Assembly (NCBI GenBank): GCA_977016875.1
Contig: CDRNST010000054.1
Span: forward strand, 930,001 to 994,000
Origin: Pavona decussata
Taxonomy: Eukaryota
Reading direction: 5' to 3'
Length of the DNA stretch: 64,000 nucleotides
Below, one piece after another: positions 35,809-46,751 of the stretch. A program made the translations under genes and the position numbers. How positions within the stretch are numbered: position 1 is the stretch's first letter; each line of letters starts with the position of its first letter. A model generated the notes under the pieces. That model was not told the origin of the DNA. It made no database searches and saw nothing but the letters and a program-made list of their open reading frames with translations.

Positions 35809-38800
35809 ATGGGCAAAGATAAAAAGGCAAAAAAACGTTCGACTGGCTTGGCAGAAGACATACTTGATTCAAAGACTGTGAAGTCATCGGGGAGGGTAAA
35901 ACAACGAAGAGAGAGGCAAGGAGAATCGGAAGAAACGGTGAGAGAACAAAAAGTGATCATGTCTTGTCGTTTCATGTTTTTCGAAAAGGAAATACGTAAT
36001 TTACGTGGCGAAACGAAAAGACAGTGTTCGCAGTTTCTAATAATTCGAAAATAGTTAACCTTGTTTAGGCTGTTGTTAATTTTGTCAAAGCTTTTCATCA
36101 GGTAGCTAGGAATTATCTTATGTGTTCATATGATCATTTGCAATCTGAGCAATTCAAATTCAGTTTTACCTGTTTGCCAGTGGCCCAGGATGCATTCTGT
36201 GTACGTCCAACGCCAAAGATATCGAGAGTTTCGGAGTGCCAAGTGGCCGCTTAAGTGCCTACACCAGGAAAATGTTATACCGACCGCCTGTAGACTCTAC
36301 AGAGAGAGAAAGAGAAAGAGAAATCCAGGATAATTTTCGAGACAAAATCATTTCATTTGAATGGTTGAAGTTATCAAATGCCCTGGTAATTTTTCATCAC
36401 TACAGCACCTACAAGGTAACCCAAAACCAGGTATTAACTCTGTCTTATGCCACTTTACACCAAAGATGATGATCAAACCCACGGCGAAGATCTTTGGCAT
36501 AACCTACATAAAATACAGCCTGGCCAGTTGTTGATTGTATTGTTTAGGGTCATGTAATAAAATTCAAAGCAAGTAGTTTGAAAGTGATTTATTTTGGTAT
36601 TTAGAGCAATGGGATTCTAAAATTTAGGGTTGTTCAGTTGGAGTATATGCAAAAAAGAAGAGAAGGGAGAGGAGTCAGAAAACTAATGGCAAAATAACCA
36701 AACGGCATTGGAAATGACAATAATCACAAAACCAAGATGGATTGCAAAAAGGTTGATATTGTGGTCCAAGATTGTCACTAAAGCATTCACACCAAAAAAG
36801 AACTTAGTTTTAGATTGTACTTTTCATTGCACAAATGTATTTTCTGTCCTCAGACTCTGGTAAAGTATGGGTAATTGGGGTAAAAGTGATGGAACTGTGT
36901 GAAGGATTTATTTTCAATTTGAAGTTCGCTTTTTCAGATCTTTTTTAATTTATACTCCTTTTGTAAACAAATCATTGAAACTGCACATAAGAAGTCTGGT
37001 TTATGGAAATTTTGTTTCAGCTTGTAAAATCAGGCCTGTTACTAGCCACCGGACTAATGAGCTAAAAAGTTATGCCTGAGTTCCCTGTATGGGTGTTTTC
37101 TTGGTATTTTTGGGGTGTTGAATTATGTCTTCATTGCACTTCCTTGTCACTCAAGTGTAAGTATCTGAAACAGGAAAATGTTGTACATCTAACATCTAGC
37201 GTACAACTTAAAAAACAAGGTACCTCCTCTTCTGATGAAACTGTTGATGTTTTGATTTTGCTGTAGTATGTTGAAGAAAAACTCTCAAGAAGGATTCTAG
37301 AACAAGCAAGAAAACAGCAAGATGAACTGGAGGCTGAATTTGGAGTAGCATCTGGGTCAAGGAAGGCCCTGAAGACATCGCTTGGCCCCCCTGAGTTGGA
37401 TGGTTTGGCTGGGGACGAGTCAGAATCTGATGACGATGCAGAATCTGTGGCCAGTGAACAGTTTTATGAAAACATTGTATGTATTAACATGGTGCCTTAG
37501 TGATTATGAGGTGTGAAATAGCTGATGTGTGCATCGAAAGCTTGGCTGAGAAAAGAGAGAGAGCAGGCGCCTGTTCAGATCACCGGCCCTTTTTTTTGAC
37601 AATAACACTGCATCAACTGTCAAACCATTGAAAGTAATATTATATTGAAACCACATTGCTTTATGTTGTGCATAATATTCACTTGAGATTTACAATACTA
37701 TTTACAAGGTTAAAAAGTTAAAAAGATATTAAAAACCAAATATTTTGGACTAATCAAGTCATCCTCATGTTTTTTTTTTTGCATGACGTTTATTTTGTTT
37801 GTTCCGTTTCCAAAATAGGGAAAGGTATTTTTAAATGCACACATATTGCTGAAGAGTTTAGCAGTGGGCTGCCATCATCGTTTGGCTGACCCACAAGTAC
37901 AGTCAAACCTGTAGTAAGCAGTCACCCTCAGGGAAAGGCTAAGTGACCGCTTAATACAGGTTGACCACTTAATACAGGTTGCACAGAATACATCACTTAC
38001 TTGGTTAAGAAAGTTTGGTGACAAAATGGTACGACAAAGGAGAGCATGGTATTGAAACAGACTAGTAAAACATTAACGCCACGATTGTGCAGCTCATTAA
38101 AAACTCAATTGCCTTTCACGTTATTTGTTACCACTTTTAAGTGGTTTCCTTTTACAAAGTGACTGTTTAAAACAGGTCAAGACAATAGAAACTGCTCGCT
38201 GAGACTCAGCATAGGGTGACCGCAACCACTTAATAGAGGTGACCGTTTAATACAGGTCAGGATTACAGTGATTAAGGGAGGTAATTTTTGGGACTTTGAC
38301 AACTGACTGCTTAATAGAGGGTGACCGCTTAATACGGTGCCGCTTAATACAGGTTCGATTGTATCACTTTCTTTAATTTTTTCTTGATTAAGAAACGGCT
38401 TTTACTGACTGATTCATTTGCTTCCTCCTCTTGTTTTTATTTTTATTGTTTTTCTGTAGGAGGTTGACGAAGAAGATGAACAAGCATTTGAAGCTTTTAT
38501 GTCAAAAGACACCCCAGCGAGGAGAACTTTGGCTGATGTTATTATAGAGAAGATTCGGGACAAGAAAACAGAGATTGAAAGCCAAATGTCTGGTATGTCC
38601 AGTCCAAATACACATGTATACACTGTAGGTATATGAAGGATAATAAACAATACCTTCGTTTGGCTTTAAAATTCTGCATAGATTTTTGTCGTTTCTCCTT
38701 GTCCATTGTTCATGGAAAACTGTTCACATATATCTTGGAACAGATGTTGCAGACAGCCAAATATCTGTACATTTTTGTGCCAAATAAAGACTACAGTGAT

Positions 38801-41800
38801 GTTTATATAATCACTGTAACTGAAAAAAAGTACATTTTACAACTTACAGTTGTAAGAGTTATAATGTACAATGTAATTGTCATTCCAAAATAATTGCAAA
38901 TTTCTGAACAAAAAGGTAAAAGATACTGTAAATATTCACTTGACTTCTTTGGTTCCACATAACTAAAATTAATCCATTGTCTGTAATGTATTAATGATAA
39001 TTTAATGTTTGTCACTTGTATTATTTTATTCATCAAGTGGCACTGCCCAAAGGGTCAAGTTTTGTTCGTCTACCAATGTTTTTTCATCCTGGGAGTACCC
39101 CAAGGGCCAAATTTGCTTCACCAAGGCGAGTACCCCAAGGTCTAAGTTTTGTAATTTGCAGGAGTATCTTAAGGGTCAAGTTTAGTTCATCTAGGGGAGT
39201 ACCCCAAGGCCCAAGTTTAGTTCATCCTGGGGAGTAACCCAAGATCCAACTATTGTTTATGAAGGGAAGTACCCCAAAGGCCAATTTTTTTTTTCAGGGA
39301 AGTACCCTAAGGTCCAAGTTTGTTTCATCGAGTGGCACAACATCCTATCTTGGTCATTTGTGAGAGTACACCAAAGACCAACTTTTATTTATTTAAATTA
39401 TATTTTGTTGTGAAATAGAGAGAACAGCAGCTCCACAAATGGACGAAAGACTGGTTGAAGTTTTTAAAGGGTAGGTGTGTGATTATGGCTGTTTGGCCAG
39501 TTAGAAATTAGATGTAATGTTTGTTTGTTTTTAATACTTTTTTTTTTCAGGCAGAAAAACTACTTGTTCTTCAATGGTTTTAATGTAATTCACATCTAAC
39601 ACAAGTGCATGAAGTTGATAATTTTATTCCCCATTGGCTTTGAGAATGCAAATTTGTAGCTTCATAATTTGCTGCTTTTGTTGTCTTGTAGAGTGGGGCA
39701 GATCTTGGCCAAATACAGATCAGGCAAGCTGCCTAAGGCTTTTAAAGTAATTCCATCTCTCACTAACTGGGAGGATGTAAGTTACAAATTATACTATCAT
39801 TGACTGCAATATTAATAGAATATCTTGGAAAATAATATTCTATTCTAGTTAAATGTGTGTCATGATTGTGATATGATTATGCGTCATACAGCATCACCCA
39901 AACGTAAGTTGACAGTCCCTTATACATATATTTAACAATAAGACGGCAAGCTCGAGGTTTCTATCGGCCGATAGCCAACTATCAAAGGCGATAGAAACCG
40001 AGAGCGAGCCATCTAATTGTTTTAGCATACCTCAGTGATCGATCTATCAAGCAAAAAAATCTTTTTATTTCATTAATGAAATTATCAGTATTTAGCATAC
40101 CTCAGTGACCGACTATTGCGTAACGCGCAATCTGATTGGCTACACAGGTGCCGTCTATCAATCGATAGACGGCAGTTTGTCAGAGCGTGCGCGATTTAGC
40201 ATGCATCATTGCACAAATATATCAAAATTAACCCATTGACCCCTCAAACGCCCGTAACCGCCCGTGCGCAACAACCCCCGAATTTCCTAGATAGCTTGGA
40301 CAGCCTATTAATAATTGCTTAAAAAAGCTGTCAAAAAAAGGTCAATTCTTAGTTCCCTTCCAATGTTTCAATCAATAAACTGAAATGTTCCTTTTCTTCC
40401 AGGTACTATATTTAACAGAACCTGATCAATGGACTGCAGCAGCAATGTTCCAGGCTACAAGGACATTTGTATCAAATTTAAATGCTAAAATGGCTCAGAG
40501 GTTGGTAAATAACAGAACGCTTTATATTTACAAAATTATTTTGAATTCATAATAATGAGGTACATATGTACAAGATCACCTGACCACTGAGTGGGAGGTC
40601 TTAAATCACAAACAACTGTTAAGATCATACTGGCTGCTTTCTTAAAATCCGCGTCACTTCAGATGATCGTTTTGAGTGGCGGCATTAGGGAGTTGGCCTT
40701 GTTTCCTTCATCTTTGAAGGGACAGTATCACGATATCTTTAGTAACACATTGAAAATCAAAAAGACGCTACTCGGTTGATAGCAGCCAAGATATAATGAC
40801 CAAAATTCCATTAAAAGACTATCAGAATGCAATGAAACTATCCACGGATATTTTCACGGGCAGATGACCAAAATAAAAGTGGGTTCAAATTTGAAAATGT
40901 CGGGCTGACGTTTTCAATTTTCGCTGTCATAACGCACTAAAAATCAGTTATACTATATTTTGGTTCAACCTTTCGTCTAAGTAGAATCACTATTAATATT
41001 TCTTTAAATTAGCGATTTAGAAATTAATTACCGGTAACACAGTGTTCAAAGTTTAAATTTAGTGAATTTTTGCCCAAAATCATGATATCTCCCATAATAC
41101 TGTCCCTTTAAGGGGGTGTTAAAGAACTCACACACTCTTTGCGAAGAGTAGGGCAGTGGTAAGCAAATGGCAATGTTGTGATACCTTAGGGTTGGTTGGA
41201 GGCTGGGTGAGTCCAGGGGTTGTACAAAAGAAGATGAATGTATAAATGAATTATTCTTATTGTACTCACTACAGGATATATTGCAGTGTTTAGCACTCTG
41301 GTGGTCCCTAAATTATGGTCCCTATATGTTCATTTGACATGCATGGAGAAAAAATTGTGTATTTTCTTGTCATGCTTACCAGCTATGACTTTAGTCATTT
41401 CATGGTCAAATTTGAGAGTGATCTATTCACAAGAATGGTTAAAGTGGAGCTTTATACTAATGTCTGGTGATAAGCATGAACTGAATTGGCTTACTGAACT
41501 GTAGGTGGCAAAACATAAAATTTTCTATTTGTTTTTTCATCATCTTACCTTACACAACACTCAGTAGTTGACGCTTTGGATGTTACTGATCCTAGCAGTA
41601 TTAACCTTTCTCGTACATCACAAGTTGAACTCGGTGGCTAGAGAAGCTGACTGGTGTGACCAGGGCTGTTGTGGAATCACAGTTCATTCTTTGTATTCCC
41701 ATAGACCCTATGCAAAAATGGCTGACATTTTAATATTTTTCTGTCTGCATTCAGATTAGGCCTACTTACCTCGTTCAAGGAAACATATCCTTTTAAATGA

Positions 41801-44800
41801 GGGTAGTAGGGCTAATTTGAATGCAAACAAAAGAATGTTGAAATGCCAGCCATTTATGGCTAGGGTCTGTGCTTGTCCAGAACATTTACAATTTAATTTG
41901 TGTTACTATTGTTCTCTTTTTGTCAGGTTCTTCAATCTGGTGTTGCTTCCACGAGTGAGAGATGACATCACAGAATACAAGCGACTTAATTATCATCTCT
42001 ACATGGTGAGACACTCATTGATTGAATTATCAAAAAAAGTTGTGTTCATTTTAATTTGCGGTAGTGTTTTGTTGAAATCTTTTTCAGTCTTTAAAGAAGG
42101 CTCTTTTCAAACCTGCTGCCTTCTTCAAGGGAATTTTATTACCTTTGTGTGAGGTAAGTTGTGTTATGCTGTATCCTAGCTGCAACATGTAAAAGAATCT
42201 GACTATGTTTGTATGGGACAAAAGTTTTTCTATAATTTTATGGATTTGTCATTGAGAACATTCAAGTTGCTAACATTACAAGCTGTACTGTTTACGCTGC
42301 ACACAGAAAGAGTTTTGATTATAAACAGTAAACTGTTGGGTACCTTGAATGAGCAATTTGTTAAATGCTTCTGGATTTAGAAGTGCAGTTTTGGATATGC
42401 AGTTGATGAATAGTGAACCCAAAATACGCCTACATGTAGTTTACATTGGATTCACTAAACTAAACCATACCCTGTTTTATTCTCAGATTACCGCTCTATC
42501 TAACAGTGAAATGACTCTTTACCAAAATGTCCAAAATTTTGAAAATTTCACAAATCTGTAAACTTTTCACCTTCATTTGTAAAACTTTGTTGTCTTCTCT
42601 TCAAAGAGTAAGTTTAAAATTATGGCATTCATCATTATTTCACCAAATTGTTGAACTCAGTATTGTAGATGCTTTACAATTGTTCAGAAATTGCTCTTCC
42701 AAGCAAAAATGTTAATACTGTGGATAGATAATGTGAGAAATGTTCAATGTCTAGTCTTAGTCAGAATCCGAAAAAAGTTTCTTTTGATTAACAGACTAGG
42801 ACATGTACCCTTCGTGAGGCCATCATCATAGGGAGCCTTATCTCAAAGACAAGTATTCCAGTTCTTCATGCAAGTGCTGCCATGTTAAAAATTGCTGAGA
42901 TGGATTATTCAGGTAAGAATATATACTACAGCTGTTAGGTACTGTGAAAAAGTCTTTTTGTTTTGTTTTGTTGTTGTTGTTTTTCTTTTTTTGGTGGTTT
43001 GTTTTGAGTAAAAAAACTATGATTGATAGATGTATCTTTTCAGTCAATGACACAGGCATACTCAGAAAAAGAAAATCAGAGTTCTCCAAACAGGAGTTGA
43101 ACCTATGACGTCACTAGTTCGGATGCTCTACCACTGAGCTACAGGAGACTCGGTTCATCTTACAAACATCCTGTATACCGCTAGGTTTTGAATGTCGATG
43201 GGTAGTATATGTGAGCATCCAAACTAGTAATTATTAATTGGAAAGTCCTAAGGTTAGACTCCTGCTGGGAGAACTCGGATTTCCTTTTTCTGAGTATGCC
43301 TGTGTCACTGACTGAATAATAGATCTTACTATTGTTTATTCACCAGGGCCAGGTTGTTTGAAAGCCGATTAACACTAATCCACAATTAAAAGTTAACCAA
43401 GGTTTTCATCTAGCTCATTAAAAATGATTTTAAAGGCTCATTTTTAGCTAATGGAAAAGAAAAGTCTAAGGCAAAACTAAGGGACAAAAATCTTTTGGAC
43501 GAGTCCTTACGGATTAGTAAATATACTCGAATCAAAGTTCACGTTAACCCAGGATTAGCTTAATCGGGCTTTGAACAACTGGGCCCAGGCTTAAAATGTA
43601 ACCCATGATCACTGGTAAAATTTCAATTTTATCACAAAACAAAGCAAAAGCAGCAAATAAAACATTGAGCCTGACTGAGGTAACATTTCCTGAAGGAGTT
43701 GAAGGCCACACGTAAAAAAATCCAACAAGTCGGAGTTAAAAAGCGATCTATGGAGTTATACCCTGACCCCATCTGTTAAAAGTTTTGACGTTCATTGTAG
43801 GCAACCTTGTTACCCTGTAGTTTCTAGTTTATATTCTTTTACAATGTCCCTGTTAATCAGTTATCTTGTCACTGGAGTGAGTTAAGTCTCAAAAAGTGAT
43901 GAGATTATCACACTTTTCGAACATGTATTAATGCTACTGTTTCATTTTATACCGCAGTCATTTTCACACTCTTTATTCCTGCTGCTTCTAAATTGCCATA
44001 GCTGCAACATTGTACATTAGTTATTCGTTCACTCTCTCTTGTTGCTGTCTCATCAAGTTTGTTGCTGTACTTGCAGTGGGGGTATCATGAGGATTTAGAT
44101 TTTAGACTGTCACTGGATGGCAGGACGAGAAATAAGATTGTTTCTAGATGATTTCTTGAATGTCCTTCTGATGCAATCATCGCTGTTAAACAGATGCTTC
44201 TATTCTTATCATTTTATGGATGGTTCAGTTAACTGGGTATTCATGTTTTTAATCCAGGTGCAAACAGTATTTTCCTGCGCCAGTTTTTCGACAAAAAGTA
44301 TGCCTTACCCTACAGAGTTATAGATGCAGTGGTCTACCACTTTCTGCGGTGAGTTTTCTCGGATATGTTTATGTTTTAGTTCTGATATTCCTTTACTCCG
44401 AGTTCCAAACTACAGTTAAATGTCAGCTGTTTCTAACAGAAACCTTTGTAGACCGATACCTGGCATCTAACAGCACGTTCAGTTGTGGTCCCAGGCATAC
44501 AAAGTTTAGTTTTGAAATATCCTGGTACATGAAGACAACTCTCCCATTTGTATGGCCGAATTTTTCTGCTTGGCAAGTTAATGTTTTAGTAGGAGAAACT
44601 TTTAATGGTCTGGGTTTTTTTTCCTGTAACCATTTAACGATTGTGTATCGGCTAGAACAGCCTACAGAATCAGTTGATCTTATCTATTTCTGTTCAACAT
44701 GTTCTTTCCAGATTTTTGTCTGATCAGCGTTCTCTCCCGGTTTTATGGCATCAAAGCTTGCTTACATTTGTGCAAAGGTAAATTCCTCTTCCCTTGTTTT

Positions 44801-46751
44801 GTTACTAAATATTTCCAAGTGGATTATGCTATTCACCAAGAGACAGTTAATGTTTATAAGGACAGCGTGAATGGCGTAGTGGTTAGATGTGACCTAGTCA
44901 GTTTTGATTCCTGTCCTTGTGGTCCTTTGGGAACAGACAAACCTTTCCAAATCCATTTAGACCTGGCAAGTGTCCCCAGTGCAGTCCCTATAGGATCTCC
45001 AACACTTTACACTTCTTCTTTGGTTATGTATCAGTTTCACTTTTTAGATATTTCATATTTCATCTTGTATAGACTGTAGAGTCTTACTGGTCATAGCTAA
45101 CTGTAAACTATAAAACAGACCTGAATCGCCAAAATCGTGGACTCACGCGCCCTCACAATCCCACTCTCCTTCAAACGTTTCGTTCGAAGACTGCGTGTGT
45201 TCGAGCAGCGCTCCAGCGCCAAAAATGCAGACTTTTTTGCGGTGTAACCCTACTGTAATTATCTTCATCTCAGTCCTAATTAAGGGCTTCAGTGTGACTG
45301 CAACCAGTAAAAACGTTGTCAATTAAACAAGCGGACCTTGTTATTCAGCACTGATCAGTAATGTCCATCTTGTTTGTTTTCAGATATAAGGAGGATATTT
45401 CCAGTGAGCAGAAAGATGCCCTGATGGAACTATGTAGAGTACATGTCCACACTCAGGTAAATTAATAGGGGCATCGCACAGGGTCCTTTTATGCAGGGAA
45501 ACACCATCCTTCTCTCAGCGTTGTCTTGTTAAATTGTCCACATTAATTTACAACCGCTGTTATAATACGCACGTATCCCGGCACACCCCAGTCAAGGTAG
45601 CTACTTAATACTTTAGTGCATGTGATGTCTGTCAATTTGTGCTACGATCTAGAAGTAAGATATTCCTGTCAGAGTGTGAGCTGGCTGTTAGCTTTTGTAT
45701 CTTTTTACGGTGGCCTATTCACCTTATCAACACAGCTGCTAAACAGAACATTCGTCTCCATGCCCCCACCGACGCTGCTCGGTTTCTTTACAAACTATTC
45801 CCCTTTAGCCCCCTGCCTACTTGACACTCCAACTGTCAGTCTGTCAATCTATCTGCCATAGCATGAGACTGTATGTGGTAGATGATCGAAACAGAATAGA
45901 ATAGAATAGAATAGAATAGTTCTTAATTTAAACACGGTAAAATCCATCAGGAGGATAAAAATTAGAAATAACCAAACTATCCTAAACAAAATGCAAAAGC
46001 TAACTACAACTAATCTAACTACAAAACCTGTTTTTCATGAATGCCGTGTATACTCTAACATTAAAAATGAAGATTAACTAATCTTTTAAATTGACTAAGA
46101 GATTTAGCTTCTCTCACATCACAGGGCAGGCTGTTCCAGAGAACTGCCCCGCTAGAACTATAAAGCTGTTTTTCATGAAATTAGTTCGCGGAAACGGGAC
46201 AAATAGTTTGTTAACAGAGTCCCTCAGGGAGTAACGCGTTTCATTTCGTTTAACAAATTTAGAGGATAAATATTCAGGAACAAGACCATTTAAAGACAGT
46301 AATTTATCAAAGCGCTGTGGTTGTAGTGTTATTCGACGTCTTCAATATTGGATGTAGTTTCATTTAACATTACATTACTTTCACTTATTCCACTCACCGA
46401 CGTTCAAATCCTAGCAGTGTGTAGGATGTGTCCCATGAACCTAGTTTAATGGCCTTAGCTCCCACGAGTCTCCTGTAGCTCAGTGGTAGAGCATCTGAAC
46501 TAGTAATCGGAAGACACAGGTTGGACTCCTGTTGGGAGAATTTTATGCCTGTGTGACTGAATGATAAAACTATAGCTATCATTTATTCACCAAGCTTGAA
46601 ACGTAACATCACATTTCTTTCACATAGTTTCACTTAATTCAGGAAATCACCGAATCTTTGTATTTTTCGATCGTAGATTACTGCTGAGGTTCGCCGTGAG
46701 CTGACGCACTCCAAGTCAAGGGAGGAAGAACAAGAATCCATGGATTTGTAA
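35809..46751 (+). CDS. BYSL: Bystin (Enp1 homologue, 40S ribosome biogenesis factor), 424 aa, 13 exons
   Basis: Exons 35809-35937, 37267-37476, 38460-38592, 39419-39470, 39692-39776, 40403-40500, 41927-42005, 42088-42153, 42795-42912, 44258-44348, 44712-44777, 45384-45456 and 46677-46751 sum to 1275 nt, open. Diagnostic motifs: [104 protein letters not shown]. Confidence 0.97.
37900..38361. mobile_element. Tc1/mariner (pogo/Tigger-type) MITE in bystin intron 2
   Basis: TA|CAGTCAAACCTGTA ... TACAGGTTCGATTG|TA, with multiple GACCGCTTAATACAGGT motifs. Confidence 0.8.
39031..39385. repeat. Degenerate ~35-bp minisatellite in bystin intron 3
   Basis: About 9-10 head-to-tail units with consensus CATCCTGGGGAGTACCCCAAGGCCCAAGTTTAGTT. 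Confidence 0.8.
39930..40230. repeat. Interspersed repeat with a terminal hairpin (possible non-autonomous Crypton-type)
   Basis: AACAATAAGACGGCAAGCTCGAGGTTTCTATCG ... CGATAGAAACCGAGAGCGAGCCATCTAATTGTT hairpin; TTTAGCATACCTCAGTGA is duplicated. Confidence 0.45.
40718..41107. mobile_element. Kolobok-type MITE in bystin intron 6
   Basis: TTGA|AGGGACAGTA ... TACTGTCCCT|TTAA (left TSD has one mismatch). Confidence 0.65.
41701..41870. repeat. Small palindromic MITE
   Basis: ATAGACCCTA...AAATGGCTGACATTT...TGCATTCAGATTAG pairs with CTAATTTGAATGCA...AAATGCCAGCCATTT...TAGGGTCTGT. Confidence 0.6.
43028..43346. mobile_element. Inverted-repeat element carrying tRNA-like (SINE-head) segments
   Basis: Arms TTCAGTCAATGACACAGGCATACTCAGAAAAAG and CTTTTTCTGAGTATGCCTGTGTCACTGACTGAA. 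Minus-strand A box TAGCTCAGTGG and B box GGTTCAACTCC at ~43082-43152. Confidence 0.7.
43347..43585. mobile_element. PIF/Harbinger-type MITE inserted into the end of the tRNA-like element
   Basis: CAG|GGCCAGGTTGTTTGAAAG ... CTTTGAACAACTGGGCC|CAG. Confidence 0.85.
45893..46296 (-). mobile_element. 3' end of a CR1/L2-group LINE with (CTATT)n tail
   Basis: Minus strand encodes [14 protein letters not shown]...RYSLRDS...[10 protein letters not shown]...GAVLWNSLP; (AATAG)n microsatellite at 45893-45919. Confidence 0.8.
46395..46610 (+). mobile_element. tRNA(Thr-AGT-like)-derived SINE-like repeat, related to 43028-43346
   Basis: GTCTCCTGTAGCTCAGTGGTAGAGCATCTGAACTAGTAATCGGAAGACACAGGTTGGACTCCTGTTGGGAG (46468-46538): A box, CTAGTAA loop and degenerate B box. 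Confidence 0.7.

Noticed and set aside
39031-39385. CRISPR-like array
   Set aside because: Units are contiguous and degenerate with no unique spacers, in a eukaryotic intron with no cas genes.
45600-45800. Penelope-like terminal repeat with hammerhead
   Set aside because: The sequence resembles such ends from recall, but no CUGANGA/GAAA core survives here.
46468-46540. Functional tRNA-Thr gene
   Set aside because: The T-loop is GGTTGGA instead of GGTTCGA, the anticodon arm is irregular, and the sequence is embedded in a dispersed repeat.
35938-46676. Intronic snoRNAs in bystin
   Set aside because: Isolated RTGATGA boxes (~36466, ~43897) have no suitably placed CTGA box or terminal stem that I could see. 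A snoscan or Infernal run would be needed.
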